Assembly (NCBI RefSeq): GCF_004010195.1
Contig: NC_057756.1
Coordinates: forward strand, 3,504,785 to 3,568,784
Direction: 5' to 3'
DNA: 64,000 nt
From: Chiloscyllium plagiosum
Lineage: Eukaryota
A program made the position numbers and the translations under genes. Below, piece after piece: positions 1 through 11,285 of the stretch (position 1 is its first letter; each line of letters opens with the position of its first letter). The notes beneath the pieces are model-generated. The model was not told the origin of the DNA. It saw nothing but the letters and a program-made list of their open reading frames with translations, and did no database searches.

Positions 1-1245
1 CAAGGATACTGGTGCCCCTTAGGTTCAGGTGTAGACCATCCTGTTTATAGAGGTTCCACCTTCCCCAGAAAGAACCCCAGTTATCCAAAAACCGGAATCC
101 CTCCCTCCTGCACCATCCCTGTAGCCACGCATTTAACTGTTCTCTCTCCCTATTCCTTGACTTTCTATCACGTGGCACGGGTAACAAACCAGAGACAACA
201 ACTCTGTTCGTTCTAACTTTGAGCTTCCAACCTAGCTCGCTGAAAGCCTGCCTAACATCCTCAGCGTTCCTTCTACCTATGTCATTGGTGCCAATGTGGA
301 CCACGACTTCGGGCTGATCTCCCTCCCACTTAAGGACCCGGAAAAGACGATCAGAGACATCACGTACCCTTGCACCTGGGAGGCAACATACCAAACGTGG
401 GTCTCTCTCGTTCCCACAAAACCGCCTATCTGTGCCCCGAACTATTGAGTCCCCAATTAGTATTGCTCTGCTCTTCTCCACCCTTCCTTTCTGAGTAACG
501 GGGACAGGCTCCGTGCCAGAGGCCTGGGCCCCGTTACTTACCCCTGGTAAGTCGTACCCCCCCCAAGTATCCAAAATGGTATACTTGTTCTTGAGGGGAA
601 CGGCTGCAGGGGGTCCCTGCACTGGTTGCTTCCTCCCAGTCCCCCTCACTGTCACCCATTTATCTGCCATCTTTGGAGTTACTACTTCCCTAAAGCTCCG
701 ATCTATGACCCCCTCTGCCTCCCGAATGATCCGAAGTTCATCCAACTCCAGCTCCAGTTCCCTAACACGGTCTTGGAGGAGCTGGAGATTGGTGCACTTC
801 CTGCAAGTGTAATCAGCAGGGACGTCCATGGCATCCCTCACCTGAAACATGTTGGAAGAGGAACATTGCACTGCCTTCACTGCCATTCTTCTGAAAGTAA
901 CCTGTTATAAAAAACACTGGGTCTAAAGAATACAACAAGCAAATTGCAGCACTTACCTCCTTACCACAACGGGTCTTATTATTTAGGTTAGAGGAGGATG
1001 GCGGGTGGGAGACACTACCTCTGTAGTGCCTCGAGTTCTTCTCCTGCGCGCTTTTAAAGGGAAAAAAAACCTACTCGGCTGCCCCTCTGGTCTTCGTCAC
1101 TTCCCCCTGCTGCTCCCGCTCTTTCTGTAAAGAGAGAAAAAAAACACCGCTGCCCGCTACCGGTAAGTAATTTTAAAACAAACTGTCTTACCTTAGCTGC
1201 TGCTCGCACTCAAAGTAGAATAGCGTTTTCCTGCTCTTCTTTTAA
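1..1245 (-). mobile_element. Young CR1-type LINE, 5' end (5'UTR + ORF1); continues beyond the window start
   Basis: Intact ORF1 (2-886) preceded on the minus strand by a GC-richer 5'UTR ending about 1245, where composition becomes AT-rich. Confidence 0.85.
2..886 (-). CDS. CR1-type LINE ORF1 protein (Zn-finger/leucine zipper + SGNH esterase), open to the window edge
   Basis: Manual translation from ATG at 886 gives 295 codons with no stop: MAVKAVQCSSSNMF...YTCRKCTNLQLLQDRVRELELELDEL...AILIGDSIVRGTD...CCLPGARV...VVVHIGTNDIG...LNAWLQGWC...KQDGLHLNLRGTSIL. It has the GDS, GxND and DxxH SGNH motifs. Confidence 0.9.
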   Translation of the reverse strand, partial: MAVKAVQCSSSNMFQVRDAMDVPADYTCRKCTNLQLLQDRVRELELELDELRIIREAEGVIDRSFREVVTPKMADKWVTVRGTGRKQPVQGPPAAVPLKNKYTILDTWGGYDLPGVSNGAQASGTEPVPVTQKGRVEKSRAILIGDSIVRGTDRRFCGNERDPRLVCCLPGARVRDVSDRLFRVLKWEGDQPEVVVHIGTNDIGRRNAEDVRQAFSELGWKLKVRTNRVVVSGLLPVPRDRKSRNREREQLNAWLQGWCRREGFRFLDNWGSFWGRWNLYKQDGLHLNLRGTSIL

Positions 1246-1474
1246 TCTGATGTTGATTGAAAAGATTGATAGGGGCCATAATGAAGCCCAGAAACGTTTG
1301 CCAAGGTCCATGGCATTTTAGGGTGGTATAGTAGTTGAATGAGGTGACAATTCCATGAAAGAATCATCTGCACCGGTTGTAACATTTGTTTGGAAAATGC
1401 TGAGAATGAATATTCAGTCTCACCTTGCATATCCAGAGACCAGTGTACCCCAGTCCAGCTATTATAAGAAAGTA

Positions 1475-3265
1475 AGAACACAAGAAGTATCAGTAGGAAT
1501 ATGTGGCATGGGCCTGCCAGAATGTAAGATCAGGCCTCTTTATTTTTCTTGGACTTCACTTACCCTCCTGTTCAACATAAACCATAATTAATTCACAGAG
1601 CAAACCGCTTAACTGCTTGGAAAATTCTAGAGATTTGCAGCCGTTTGAGTGAAAAAAAATCACCTCAAAGCAATCCTAAATCTGCTCACCCTTATTTTGA
1701 GTCGATGCCCCCTACTTGAATCATCAGTCGCCATTGGGAAATGCAACTTCCCTGCTTCTATTTTATTTATTCCCCTCATCATTTTTTTTCACGATTGTCA
1801 ATCCCATTCTTGCAAATTCCAATTCCTTTCTCATGAACGGAAAGCAGAACTGTGCAAAATACTCCAGGTAAGGCATCACCAGCACCCTATGCAGCTGGAG
1901 CACGACGTCCTACTTCGAAATAACATCTCTTGAGCATTCAAGACATTCAAGACATTCAACTTTGCAGCTGCGTGTTAGAGTTGCCAACTTTTTTGATATT
2001 CATGCAATAGGGCTCCCAGATCTCTCTACACAACTGCATGGAGTCTTTTTCCATTAAACTCATCGCCCATTTTGCTGTGATTCCTACCAAATGAATAGCC
2101 TCACGGTGTACAATATTGCACTTCATCGGTCAAACCCGTGCACAGTCACGAAACTATCTTTTTCCCACAGCAGTATTTCAGTGTCAGCTGGAAATTTTGA
2201 TTCACAACTCATTTTAGTGTCAACTGTAAATTTTGAGACACAACACTTTGTGTCCAACTTTAAATTATCTTTGTACATTTAAATGAATGCTATCAGAAGA
2301 CGAAACCCCGAGGAACACTATTAGCCACAAACTGCCCACCAGAAACAAAAGGTACAGTTGTGTCCAGTGTTTGCCTTCACTTAGGAAACCAATCTTCTCT
2401 CCTTTCACTGTAATGCTGTGCACCTTTATCTTATGTAGCAGTTTTTTGTTCTGAAAATTACCAAATCGATTCTGGAAATGCAAATACGCAACAACTGCCA
2501 ATTCCCTGTTGTCTAGCGAGCTCGTAAAATATAAATTAATTACAATAAATTAGTTTAACATGCTCTCTGTTTCCCTGATGGGAGAACTTCTATCCAGACG
2601 TTTTGTTACGCCTTCCTTAATAATAGATTCAAGAAATTTCACAAGTAATAAAGTTGAGCTAGCAGGCCAATAGCTTGATGCGTTTTCTTTCCCTCCTTTT
2701 CCAATAGTGGCATCATATTTGATGTTTCCAAACAGCCAGAGTCACCCTGGAAGTGAGAGAAATGTTATAAAATATAAAGAGCAGTCTTGCTATTTCGCCC
2801 TTCATAAGTTTTAATACACTGGAATGCATTACATCACGACTCAAAGCATGTCTACCTTTAGCCCAATTCACTTATTTAACAGTAGCTGTTTAGTGTAATG
2901 AACACACTTCGGCCTTACCTGCCATTGCCTACTCGTCAGCCTTCTCATCAGGTGGAATGTTATTTATTACTTCGCTTATAAGAACTGACAAAAAAAAACA
3001 ATACCTCGGTTATTTCCTCATTTCCCATTATTAAATCCGACTTCTGATTTTGCAAATGTCCAATGTTTATTATAGCCACACTTGTTCATTTTACATATTT
3101 ACAAGAATGTTTGCGACCAGTTTTTAGGTTATGACCTATTTGACTCGCATAATCGATTTTACTTTTCTTATGGCTTCGTCCAGATTCCCTCAAAGTATAT
3201 TACGAAAGTAGCCCAAACTGTAAATTTTCTTAATTTACATGCATATGTGGTGCGGATTTTTCAGG
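1475..3265 (-). mobile_element. Old, degenerate CR1-type LINE 3' half
   Basis: Decayed similarity to the reverse complement of ORF2/3'UTR of other CR1 copies in the window (e.g. aactgtgcaaaatactccaggt, gtgtcaactgtaaatttt). No open frame. Confidence 0.55.
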
Positions 3266-6200
3266 TGTGATGCACCCTGTCAAACATAACTTATTTAAAG
3301 ACTACAGGCGAATCACGAACAAAATGAAACAGAATTTAGAATTATTTTACTATTGGAAAACTTACCACAACCAGTAAAGCAAATTAACTAAAGAACTGTT
3401 CCAATCCATTAACATCCCATAAACATATCCCTGGGCAAAAAGATAAATTGAACGACAGATTCTTACAGGCAAGAGGGAGCAACATTCAAATAAATTCCGC
3501 AGAGAAGATCATTCATGAACCGTTTGCAGAAGTTCGCAAACTTCCTGGACTCCAGCATTTGTGACGCCCACAGCTAAACCAATTTGGAAAAAGATACTGA
3601 TCTGAGGAAACTGGCAACTTCCCTACCAATGTTAAACTGGGTCTTTGTGGACTCCTTGGCCCCTCTGCATTCATAACATTAAGCTTATTGATGATTGTTG
3701 CTTAAGCAGAACAGCATCCTCTATATCGACATCTTGCATAAGTAGATTAGCAATTCCCAGCATTTTGCCACTCATCTCGCCATGCGATACCCGTAACTTT
3801 TTCAGGTCATTTTCAATTTAGCTCTTGTATTTAACACAATTATTTATCCCATATTTGCCAACTTCCTCAGTGTTCAATTTAATTTTAGGAATGTCCAATT
3901 CAGCATTGTCATAACCATGCTTCTTCACTTTGTTTTGTTAAGAATAACACTGTTTCCTTCTGCTTTCCTTCCCTGTCAAAACAACTTTTTGATCATATTC
4001 ACATCACATACTCTTTGAGCCTGCTTTCTATCTGGAGTCCTTGCCAAATGGGTAACCTCACTCTGTGTCTTTTCGACTTGCATTTCGACTTCCAAACCTT
4101 GCATTATTCGGTTTACCTTGTTCTTAAAGTTACACTAACACATTATTTCTGACAGCCAATTTGTGCTTCCTGTTGCACTTTATGCTGAGATATTTTCAAA
4201 TGATGTTAAACCACCAGCGCCACAATTTTTAATTTTTAATCAATTTTAATCGATACCGAGAATCTATGTCATTTTCCAAATATGCTGTCTCTGAATAATG
4301 CATTACTTATGTCTCCTAAATCAGTTTTAACAGCCCTGTCATTTCATGCGCTTTCTTGAAATGAATTCAATTGGATTGAATTTGGTCAATTCAATTGTCC
4401 TACCTCTGATCGTCAAAACCTGTACTCGGAATTCGTTCACGTGGTGTGGCTATCAGACTTCAACGCAGTCTTCAATGTCTGATGCCACCTTTCTATTGTT
4501 CCTTGCGGTTCTGGTTTGTATGCAGTAGAGTCCAATTATTTTATTTCTCAGCTATCCATAACTTCCTTGAAGCATTTTCAGGTAAAATATGAGCAATGAT
4601 CTGAATACATCTCTGTGACGAGACTGTATCTCATGAAAATTCGAGAAATTCCTTTACAATGTTCTTAGCTGTGATTTTGAGAATGGAACAGACACTGGAA
4701 ATCTAGTGGACATTTTAATTAATGCTAATAAATAGTGATTCCAACTTTTAGTTTTAGGTAGGGAGCCTATGCAACCAATTAAGACTCTTCTAAAAGATTC
4801 CTCAAATGCCGGAACAAATATTAAAAGTTGAGTTTTATTAGTACCTGTGTTTTCCGAATATTTGATACATATTGCTTGTCTGGCAAAACTCAAGTACATT
4901 ATTGTTCAGTCCAGGCCAGTAATTATGTTTTTGAGTTTCATCTTGAGTATTTAATACCTCGAAATGATGCCTGGCTGGTAGTTCATGCGTTACTCACAAC
5001 ACCTGCTTTCTATAATCCACTGCCAATACGACATAACGAACCTCTGCTCATTTCTCATCTGCCTGAATAGGTGTTGGTCTCCATTTCCTCATTCAGCCAT
5101 CAATTCTGAGATAAAAGCATTTAGCCATACACAAAGATTCTTCTTTGCTGTACGGTTTTTCATACTATTAGTTTAGTTTCTCATCAATCTGCTGTAACTC
5201 AGTTAATGTATCTCAGCTGAAAAAACATCTGCGTTGACAGGCATTTGTTCCTGTAATGTGTCAAACGTGATCAAACAGAGTTTTTTTTCTGGTCACACTT
5301 CAATTTCTTAATCAAACTCTTTGATCTCCGCTCTTTCAACTGTTGACGTTGTGTCCCCCTTACCAAATATCAGTAGAAATAACACGATATGTGTATTTTC
5401 ATAGATCAGTTATCGGAGTTTCCACTGGCTTTTCAACGAGAGGCATCACACCCACCTGTGAACCAACTATATGTTTCACATTTACACGTTCTCTGCCTGG
5501 AGCTAAGAGGTTTAGGAGCACTCCTACCACAAGTTTTCCACGCACCACTGGACTGTCTAACGTCACTCTAAATAAATGTGCGCCTCTTGTCTCACCATGA
5601 ATTAACACTATTAGCACTGTTTCTGGCAACAATTCTCCTGAGGTACATATCTCACATCATTCAACACCAAAGATTGAGAGGATCATGCGTCTCTTAATAT
5701 TGTAACTTCTTTATCTGCTGCTCCTGGTTAATGCGAGTAAAATTTACATTCGCTGGTATATCATTTAAGATCTTTCACTTCCTCCTTAACCAACGTACGA
5801 TCAAGTTGTACATTTTAATGCAGTTTGTTTTTTAACCTCCACTATGCTTTCCATGACTAGTCCAACAAATTTCACTGGCTTATACTGTTTTCTTACATTT
5901 GGCTTCCCAGTGATTTTTTGAAACAACCAACACTGTGGTTTCATTCAGCTTACATTATTGCAATTAAACCTGCGGAGATTTTGAACTTCTCGCCCCTTCA
6001 AGGGTTTCATTTTTACCATGTGGTAAGTTAACCTTCTGACATTCACGGAGACCTATTTTTTTCTTTCCACGTCAGGTTTCAACTTCTCTCAAATTTCAAT
6101 TCTTCACGGATTGAAATTGATGTTGAAAGCCTATTTTTGATTTATGATTAGCCATTTCAGCTGTTAATCTTTTATTATTAATCTTTGCTCTTCCACATGA

Positions 6201-6650
6201 GGTCTCACGACCTCAGGAAGTGAACTATTGAAATCATCTCAAATAATATACTCCCTATAAGTGACAAGTTTGTTTTACTGTAATGCTCTGAGTCACCGAT
6301 CAAAATTAATTTGTTTGAAAATTTCAAACAGTATCTCTCTGGAAATAGTTGAAAAGCTATCTGTAAGCTTCTGGCAAAGTTCGTATTTACTTAATGTTCC
6401 TTTCTTTACCACTTCAAACCCCCAGATACCACCGCTGATCATAAGGCAAATACTTCACTAGCTCTAACGACAGTTTTTCTTTTGGATAAGCAAAAGTCAC
6501 ATGGTCACTAGCCAATGTATTTATTTAGCCATAGCGTCAGATTTTAAAATCGCAAATTAAGTAACAGTACAAAGGAAAATAATACAAGCCCAAGGGGAAA
6601 CCGACACGCCATGAATAGAGTCCTCAACCAAGAATCTGCACTGCAGAAAT
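3266..6650 (-). mobile_element. Degenerate Gmr1-like Ty3/gypsy LTR retrotransposon (gag-protease-integrase-[RT deleted]-LTR)
   Basis: Minus-strand remnants: capsid/SCAN-like DDFNSSLPEVVRPHVEEQ (~6240-6150); decayed CCHC knuckle (~5975-5930); protease ILRDA*SSQSLVL (~5700-5660); integrase H..HH..YWPGL..EFCQT and RRVLIGCIGSLPKTKSWNHYLL..STRFPVSVPF (~5000-4680); pre-RT linker QDVDIEDAVLLKQ (~3740-3695); LTR part 3266-3670 beginning TGTGATG. Confidence 0.8.
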
Positions 6651-8858
6651 TCAACAAAGACGCAGTGACACCACCCACCAAGCCAACAAAACGAAATTCC
6701 TTCTAGAACGGCAACAGCGTCAGATACATAGGACTACAATCATCTGAAAATCAGCTGCATGCCACTCACCATCCTGAAATGGATTACATTTACTGATACT
6801 TCGTTGTTACTGGAGCAACATTGAGCAATTCCCTCCTTTAGAGTATTGAGTGTCAACTTACATTACGTGCATTGCAGAAGTTCTAGCTAGCAGTTTACCA
6901 TCAGCTAAGCAGCTATCACCATATTCCAAAAATGAATAAAAGAAAAATAGGAAAACAATTACCTGACAAAGAAGAAAACAACATGTGTGGATTTCAGTAT
7001 AGTATCACAACAGCAATACAAAAGCAAAAACACAGTAATGATTGAAAAATGAATTGTGTGGAATTGCAACAGTCATCTCATTTACATCAGAATTTCCTTT
7101 TAATTTCAGCAACGCTCTGGAAAACGAGGAATAAAATATTCAATAAATTAACCAAAATGGCATTGTGTGATTCGTTTGCTCAATTGTGTTGCCGTTAGTT
7201 GCGATTGATCTAAATATCTATGGAAGTTTTTGAGCTAATTTGTTCCTGATGTCGATTCGTGAACAGGATGCAGTACATCATCACCTCTAATTCAATTCAC
7301 AACATGATGCTGTGTGAAAGTGGGTTCTTAAGCTGTCATTTTCATTTAAGACTTAATCACAGTTTTGCAAATGTCACTGATACAAATTTTTCACCTTCGC
7401 TCCCAAACTTGCAAACATATTTCACTTCCTTCACATTCAAGTTTCATTCAAAGTTTTGGTGAGCATGTGAGAGAAAGTGTAACAATTTAAAAATGGATAC
7501 GGATTGATAATGATAGATTGGAGATGAATCTGATACAGAGAGAGAGAGTCAGCGCTGGAGACAAAGAAGAGATTTAATAAACCAGCTGACAGCAAAATCA
7601 GAGGCACAAATGCGACTGTCTGCCTTTGTTACATAAAATGTTCCTATTATAGTTCATGCAAAATCAGGTAACAGCACTTTATGAATTTTGTTCAAGCTGT
7701 TCCTGTTAGGAGCACTGAACTTACAACATGGAAACAATATTTTTCCCGAAGCTTGTGACGAATATTGGACAATACTGCGAAGAGTATCATGTGGCTGTAC
7801 TTGCATTGTCCAATGTTGACGTTGATCCCTTTTAAATGTTTGCGATATGTTAATACAGACAGAATTTCAGACAAAACCAAATTATAAAGTACAATTTTAC
7901 TCTTGAAATGCCAAACATTTGTTTGTTTCAAAATTTACATTTTTCCGTGCAGTTTTGCCTTTATACATGTTGTTAGCAGAATTTGTTTTTTTTTATTTCC
8001 GACGTGTGCGCAGAAATGCAGTTTTGCGGTGCAAACGTATGTAGCATCAGAAATGAGTGATTGTGAAACCAAGAGTCACCTACGTCGTGCAAATGTGGAC
8101 AGAATTTGGTTCTGGTAACCATTTGCTATTATTCAGACTAGACAAGGGAATCATTATTAACTTGATGACTGTAAGACACCAAAAGTGGAAAAGATATACG
8201 CTAATTGATTGAAAGCTTCGAGATGTTCATTTCACTGACAAAACTCTATCACCCAGAATGAATTTTGCTACGCATTGCTTAGACTAACTTTTGCATGTCT
8301 TCTGGAATATTTATGTTATGCCTAATAAGAAACATTAAAACAAATGAAATGGAAACTATGTCAGAAGGTAATTTAATGTACACAACACTTCATTCCAGTA
8401 CTGAACACTGTTAGTTATTTGAGGAACACTAATAAATTTGAAAGAGAAGCAGAATGACAAGGACACAATGACGTTTGAGTAATACATTTAGGGAAATAGA
8501 AAGTGAAAAATAGAAAGAAGTCGTAAAAACATTGTGATTAATTATATGACAAGAAATTCGAAGAAATCAAAATGCTTTACTTTGACCAAATGCAATTACT
8601 CAAAGTGTCTGACACAGCAAATTCTTCATGAAGTATTGCAATTTGTTAGTATTGGACGAGTTAATTATGCATACATGATTTAAATTCAGCTGAAACGGCA
8701 GTCCATTAATTTTTGCGCACTCTCCTTCATTTTGCTGGCAGGTAAGACAATGATAAAACAACAATAATAATAATATATATTATTATTTTGACTATTATTA
8801 TTTTATCCGAGTGCACTAACAGCCACAACAAACATAAAAAAAATGAAAAAAGGACAGA

Positions 8859-8909
8859 GAAGAAGAAGAAGAAGAAGAAGAAGAAGAAGAAGAAGAAGAA
8901 GAAGAAGAA
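8859..8909 (+). repeat. (GAA)17 microsatellite
   Basis: Directly visible perfect repeat. Confidence 0.97.
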
Positions 8910-9114
8910 GATGCTGAAGAAAAAGTTAGTTTGCTGAAAGACTGCACAATCTCAAAATAAACAACATACTGGAAAGGGGTCTTATTTCTAATGTATTCCT
9001 ATGCATATGCATAGGATACAAACAATACTGACTGTGCACTGACAAAATTTCGTGAGTCCATTTATTCCAACGATCCTCGAGTTTGCCTGTGACATTGCAT
9101 GAGTTATCGATAGC

Positions 9115-9115
<1 letters not shown>

Positions 9116-9185
<70 letters not shown>
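9116..9185 (+). repeat. Compound (TG)n(AG)n microsatellite
   Basis: Directly visible. Confidence 0.97.
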
Positions 9186-9191
<6 letters not shown>

Positions 9192-10569
9192 GAGGGAGAG
9201 ACAAAGACATAACGAAAGAAACAGAGAATCAGACAGAGTCAGAGATCAAGAGGGACAGTGAAACACAAGCAGGCAGTGTGACTCACAAGCAAAGCGATTG
9301 CAAGACAAAGACCGAGATGAATCAAGATATAGACAGAGAAAGAGTGGAGAGACGAGAACGACAATAGAAGTAGCAGAGATAAATTGTCTGAAAATGAGAG
9401 TGAAATATGAGAATAAGCAAGATAACTTTTTTGATTCTTGGTCTGACAAGGAAATAGAAAAAAAAATCGATCTGCTGAATATTGAAAGCAAATTTCGTTA
9501 CAATGCAACGCCGAACGAGAGAATAATTCACAAAGGACACACACTGGCTACTGCAAAGTCACGCTAAGACATCGATGTTTACTGCTGTGTGTCTAAATGT
9601 CTGGGCGTGCTTGTAGTTTTCTTTTTATATACGGATTAATAATTGCATTTACTGTTGTTTGTACGATGTTTTCATATAAAATGATCAGGAATGTAAAATG
9701 AACTATTAAATCAGGAAGACAAGAATAATAATGGTCAGCAGTGCTCGAAAAACAAAAACGACAAACAACACTTCGAATCATTTTGGATCAGAAGTGATCT
9801 AACAGAAGAACAATGTTTTGTGTTGCACTTTATATAACACTGTCTTCTGGATATGGGAAAATTATGTCAACCATTTTGCATGAGATTAGTCTTGAACGAA
9901 CTATGCATTTTTTCAGCTTAATGCAAACAATAAAGTAGTAAGATTGTTTTGCCTTTCTTCCCATAATATACGAATGATATGTCATATTGAGACAAACATG
10001 ACAATGCATGATTTATCACTTCTGAAGCCATGTAAACTATTGATATGCAAATGATTCTGCCGTGATAATGTTTGAGAGATTTGTTTGGAAATTTTACAGA
10101 CAATTATAATGCATTGCAAAGATAAAGAATTCAGTCTTATTTGCTACTTCGAACAAAATAGTCATACAACAGTGTGGAGTGCGAAAATCCAATCAGTTTT
10201 GTCGTGAAATAAAATTAGGATTCGATTTTTAATTGTCCCAAAAAGTGCTCAAAATTAATAATGTTTGATAGTGCCTGAAAAGCAAGAAAAAATCGTTTTG
10301 GATCCAACATAATCCACAGTAAACCCACTATTTGCATGGAATTTGATACATCAACAATGTCTGATGTGGAAAGACAATAATATTATTTTGCACGAGATTA
10401 ATTGTCGTCATTTATGAGTTACAGATTTTTCAGCTTAAAACAAACGAACACAAAACAAGTTGGTTTTGCTATATTTTTGATAGCGAATGAATGATATATC
10501 TCATTTATCAAAAGTGATAACTTTCAATTTATTACTCAGCAAACATTGAAAATCAGTGATACTAGCTGA

Positions 10570-10900
10570 TCTAGAGTCATAGAGTCAGCCAACACGGGAA
10601 CAGGCACTTTGACCCAAACTTGTCCATTCCAAACAAAATGTCATCGATGCTATCCTGATTTCTCTGCACTTGGCCCAAATCATTTTAAGCCTTTTCTATC
10701 TATATATTTGACCTAATGCGTTTTGAATGTTGCTAATGTACCCGCTTCAAACACTTCTCCTGGCAGATCATTCCATATGCGTGCCACTCTCTGCACAAAA
10801 AAGTTGCCTTTCACGTTCCCTTTTAAACAGATGCCCTCAGGTCCTCGATTTCCCAACCCTTGCGAAAAGACTGAGCGCATTCAAATGTGCTTAACACAGT
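10570..10900 (-). mobile_element. CR1-type LINE 3'-end fragment (shared with duplication copy B at ~38000-38340)
   Basis: tagagtcatagagtc tail, then ctcctggcagatcattccatatgcgtgccactctctg, the reverse complement of the CR1 ORF2 C-terminus (RVVxxWNxLP). Confidence 0.65.
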
Positions 10901-11264
10901 TTTTGATAGGTCTGTCTGGCAAGTACTCACATTGCAATGACATGGAGAGCCAATCTTAAATTTTACCAAAAGCAACATTATTATATAACAGCCGAGAGTG
11001 CCTTTTTCCAATCAGCTTCAAACTGCAACAAATTTACCTTAGTTTGCATCTTGAAACAATGACGGAATGACGGCTAATGAAACACTTGTAAAATCAAATG
11101 TGACACAGTAAAAGAGATAGTTGTTCCATTGCATGCATTGTGATTTTTTTTGAGTGTAAGCTTATTTTCAAGTTTCTTTTGTGTCGTAGATTGCCTTATG
11201 CGAGGCTGCGAAATAGAATTAAAATTATGGATACGGATGTTTACATTCCTGTTGTTCCCAACAG

Positions 11265-11285
11265 AAAACAAGGAGCTAAGAAAAA
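11265..11285 (+). CDS. 21-nt phase-1 micro-exon (xNKELRK) of a putative butyrophilin/BG-like host gene
   Basis: cattcctgttgttcccaacag|AAAACAAGGAGCTAAGAAAAA|gtaagt. Splice sites and length are conserved in the paralog at 38729. Confidence 0.75.

Noticed and set aside
8926..9567. Overlapping ORFs with HT/VC/ER repeats
   Set aside because: Produced by the microsatellite and purine-rich sequence.
9400..9610. DIDVYCCV resembles the Ig-domain DxAxYYC motif
   Set aside because: Preceded by an in-frame stop; no B-strand Cys or Trp; no acceptor or RSS.
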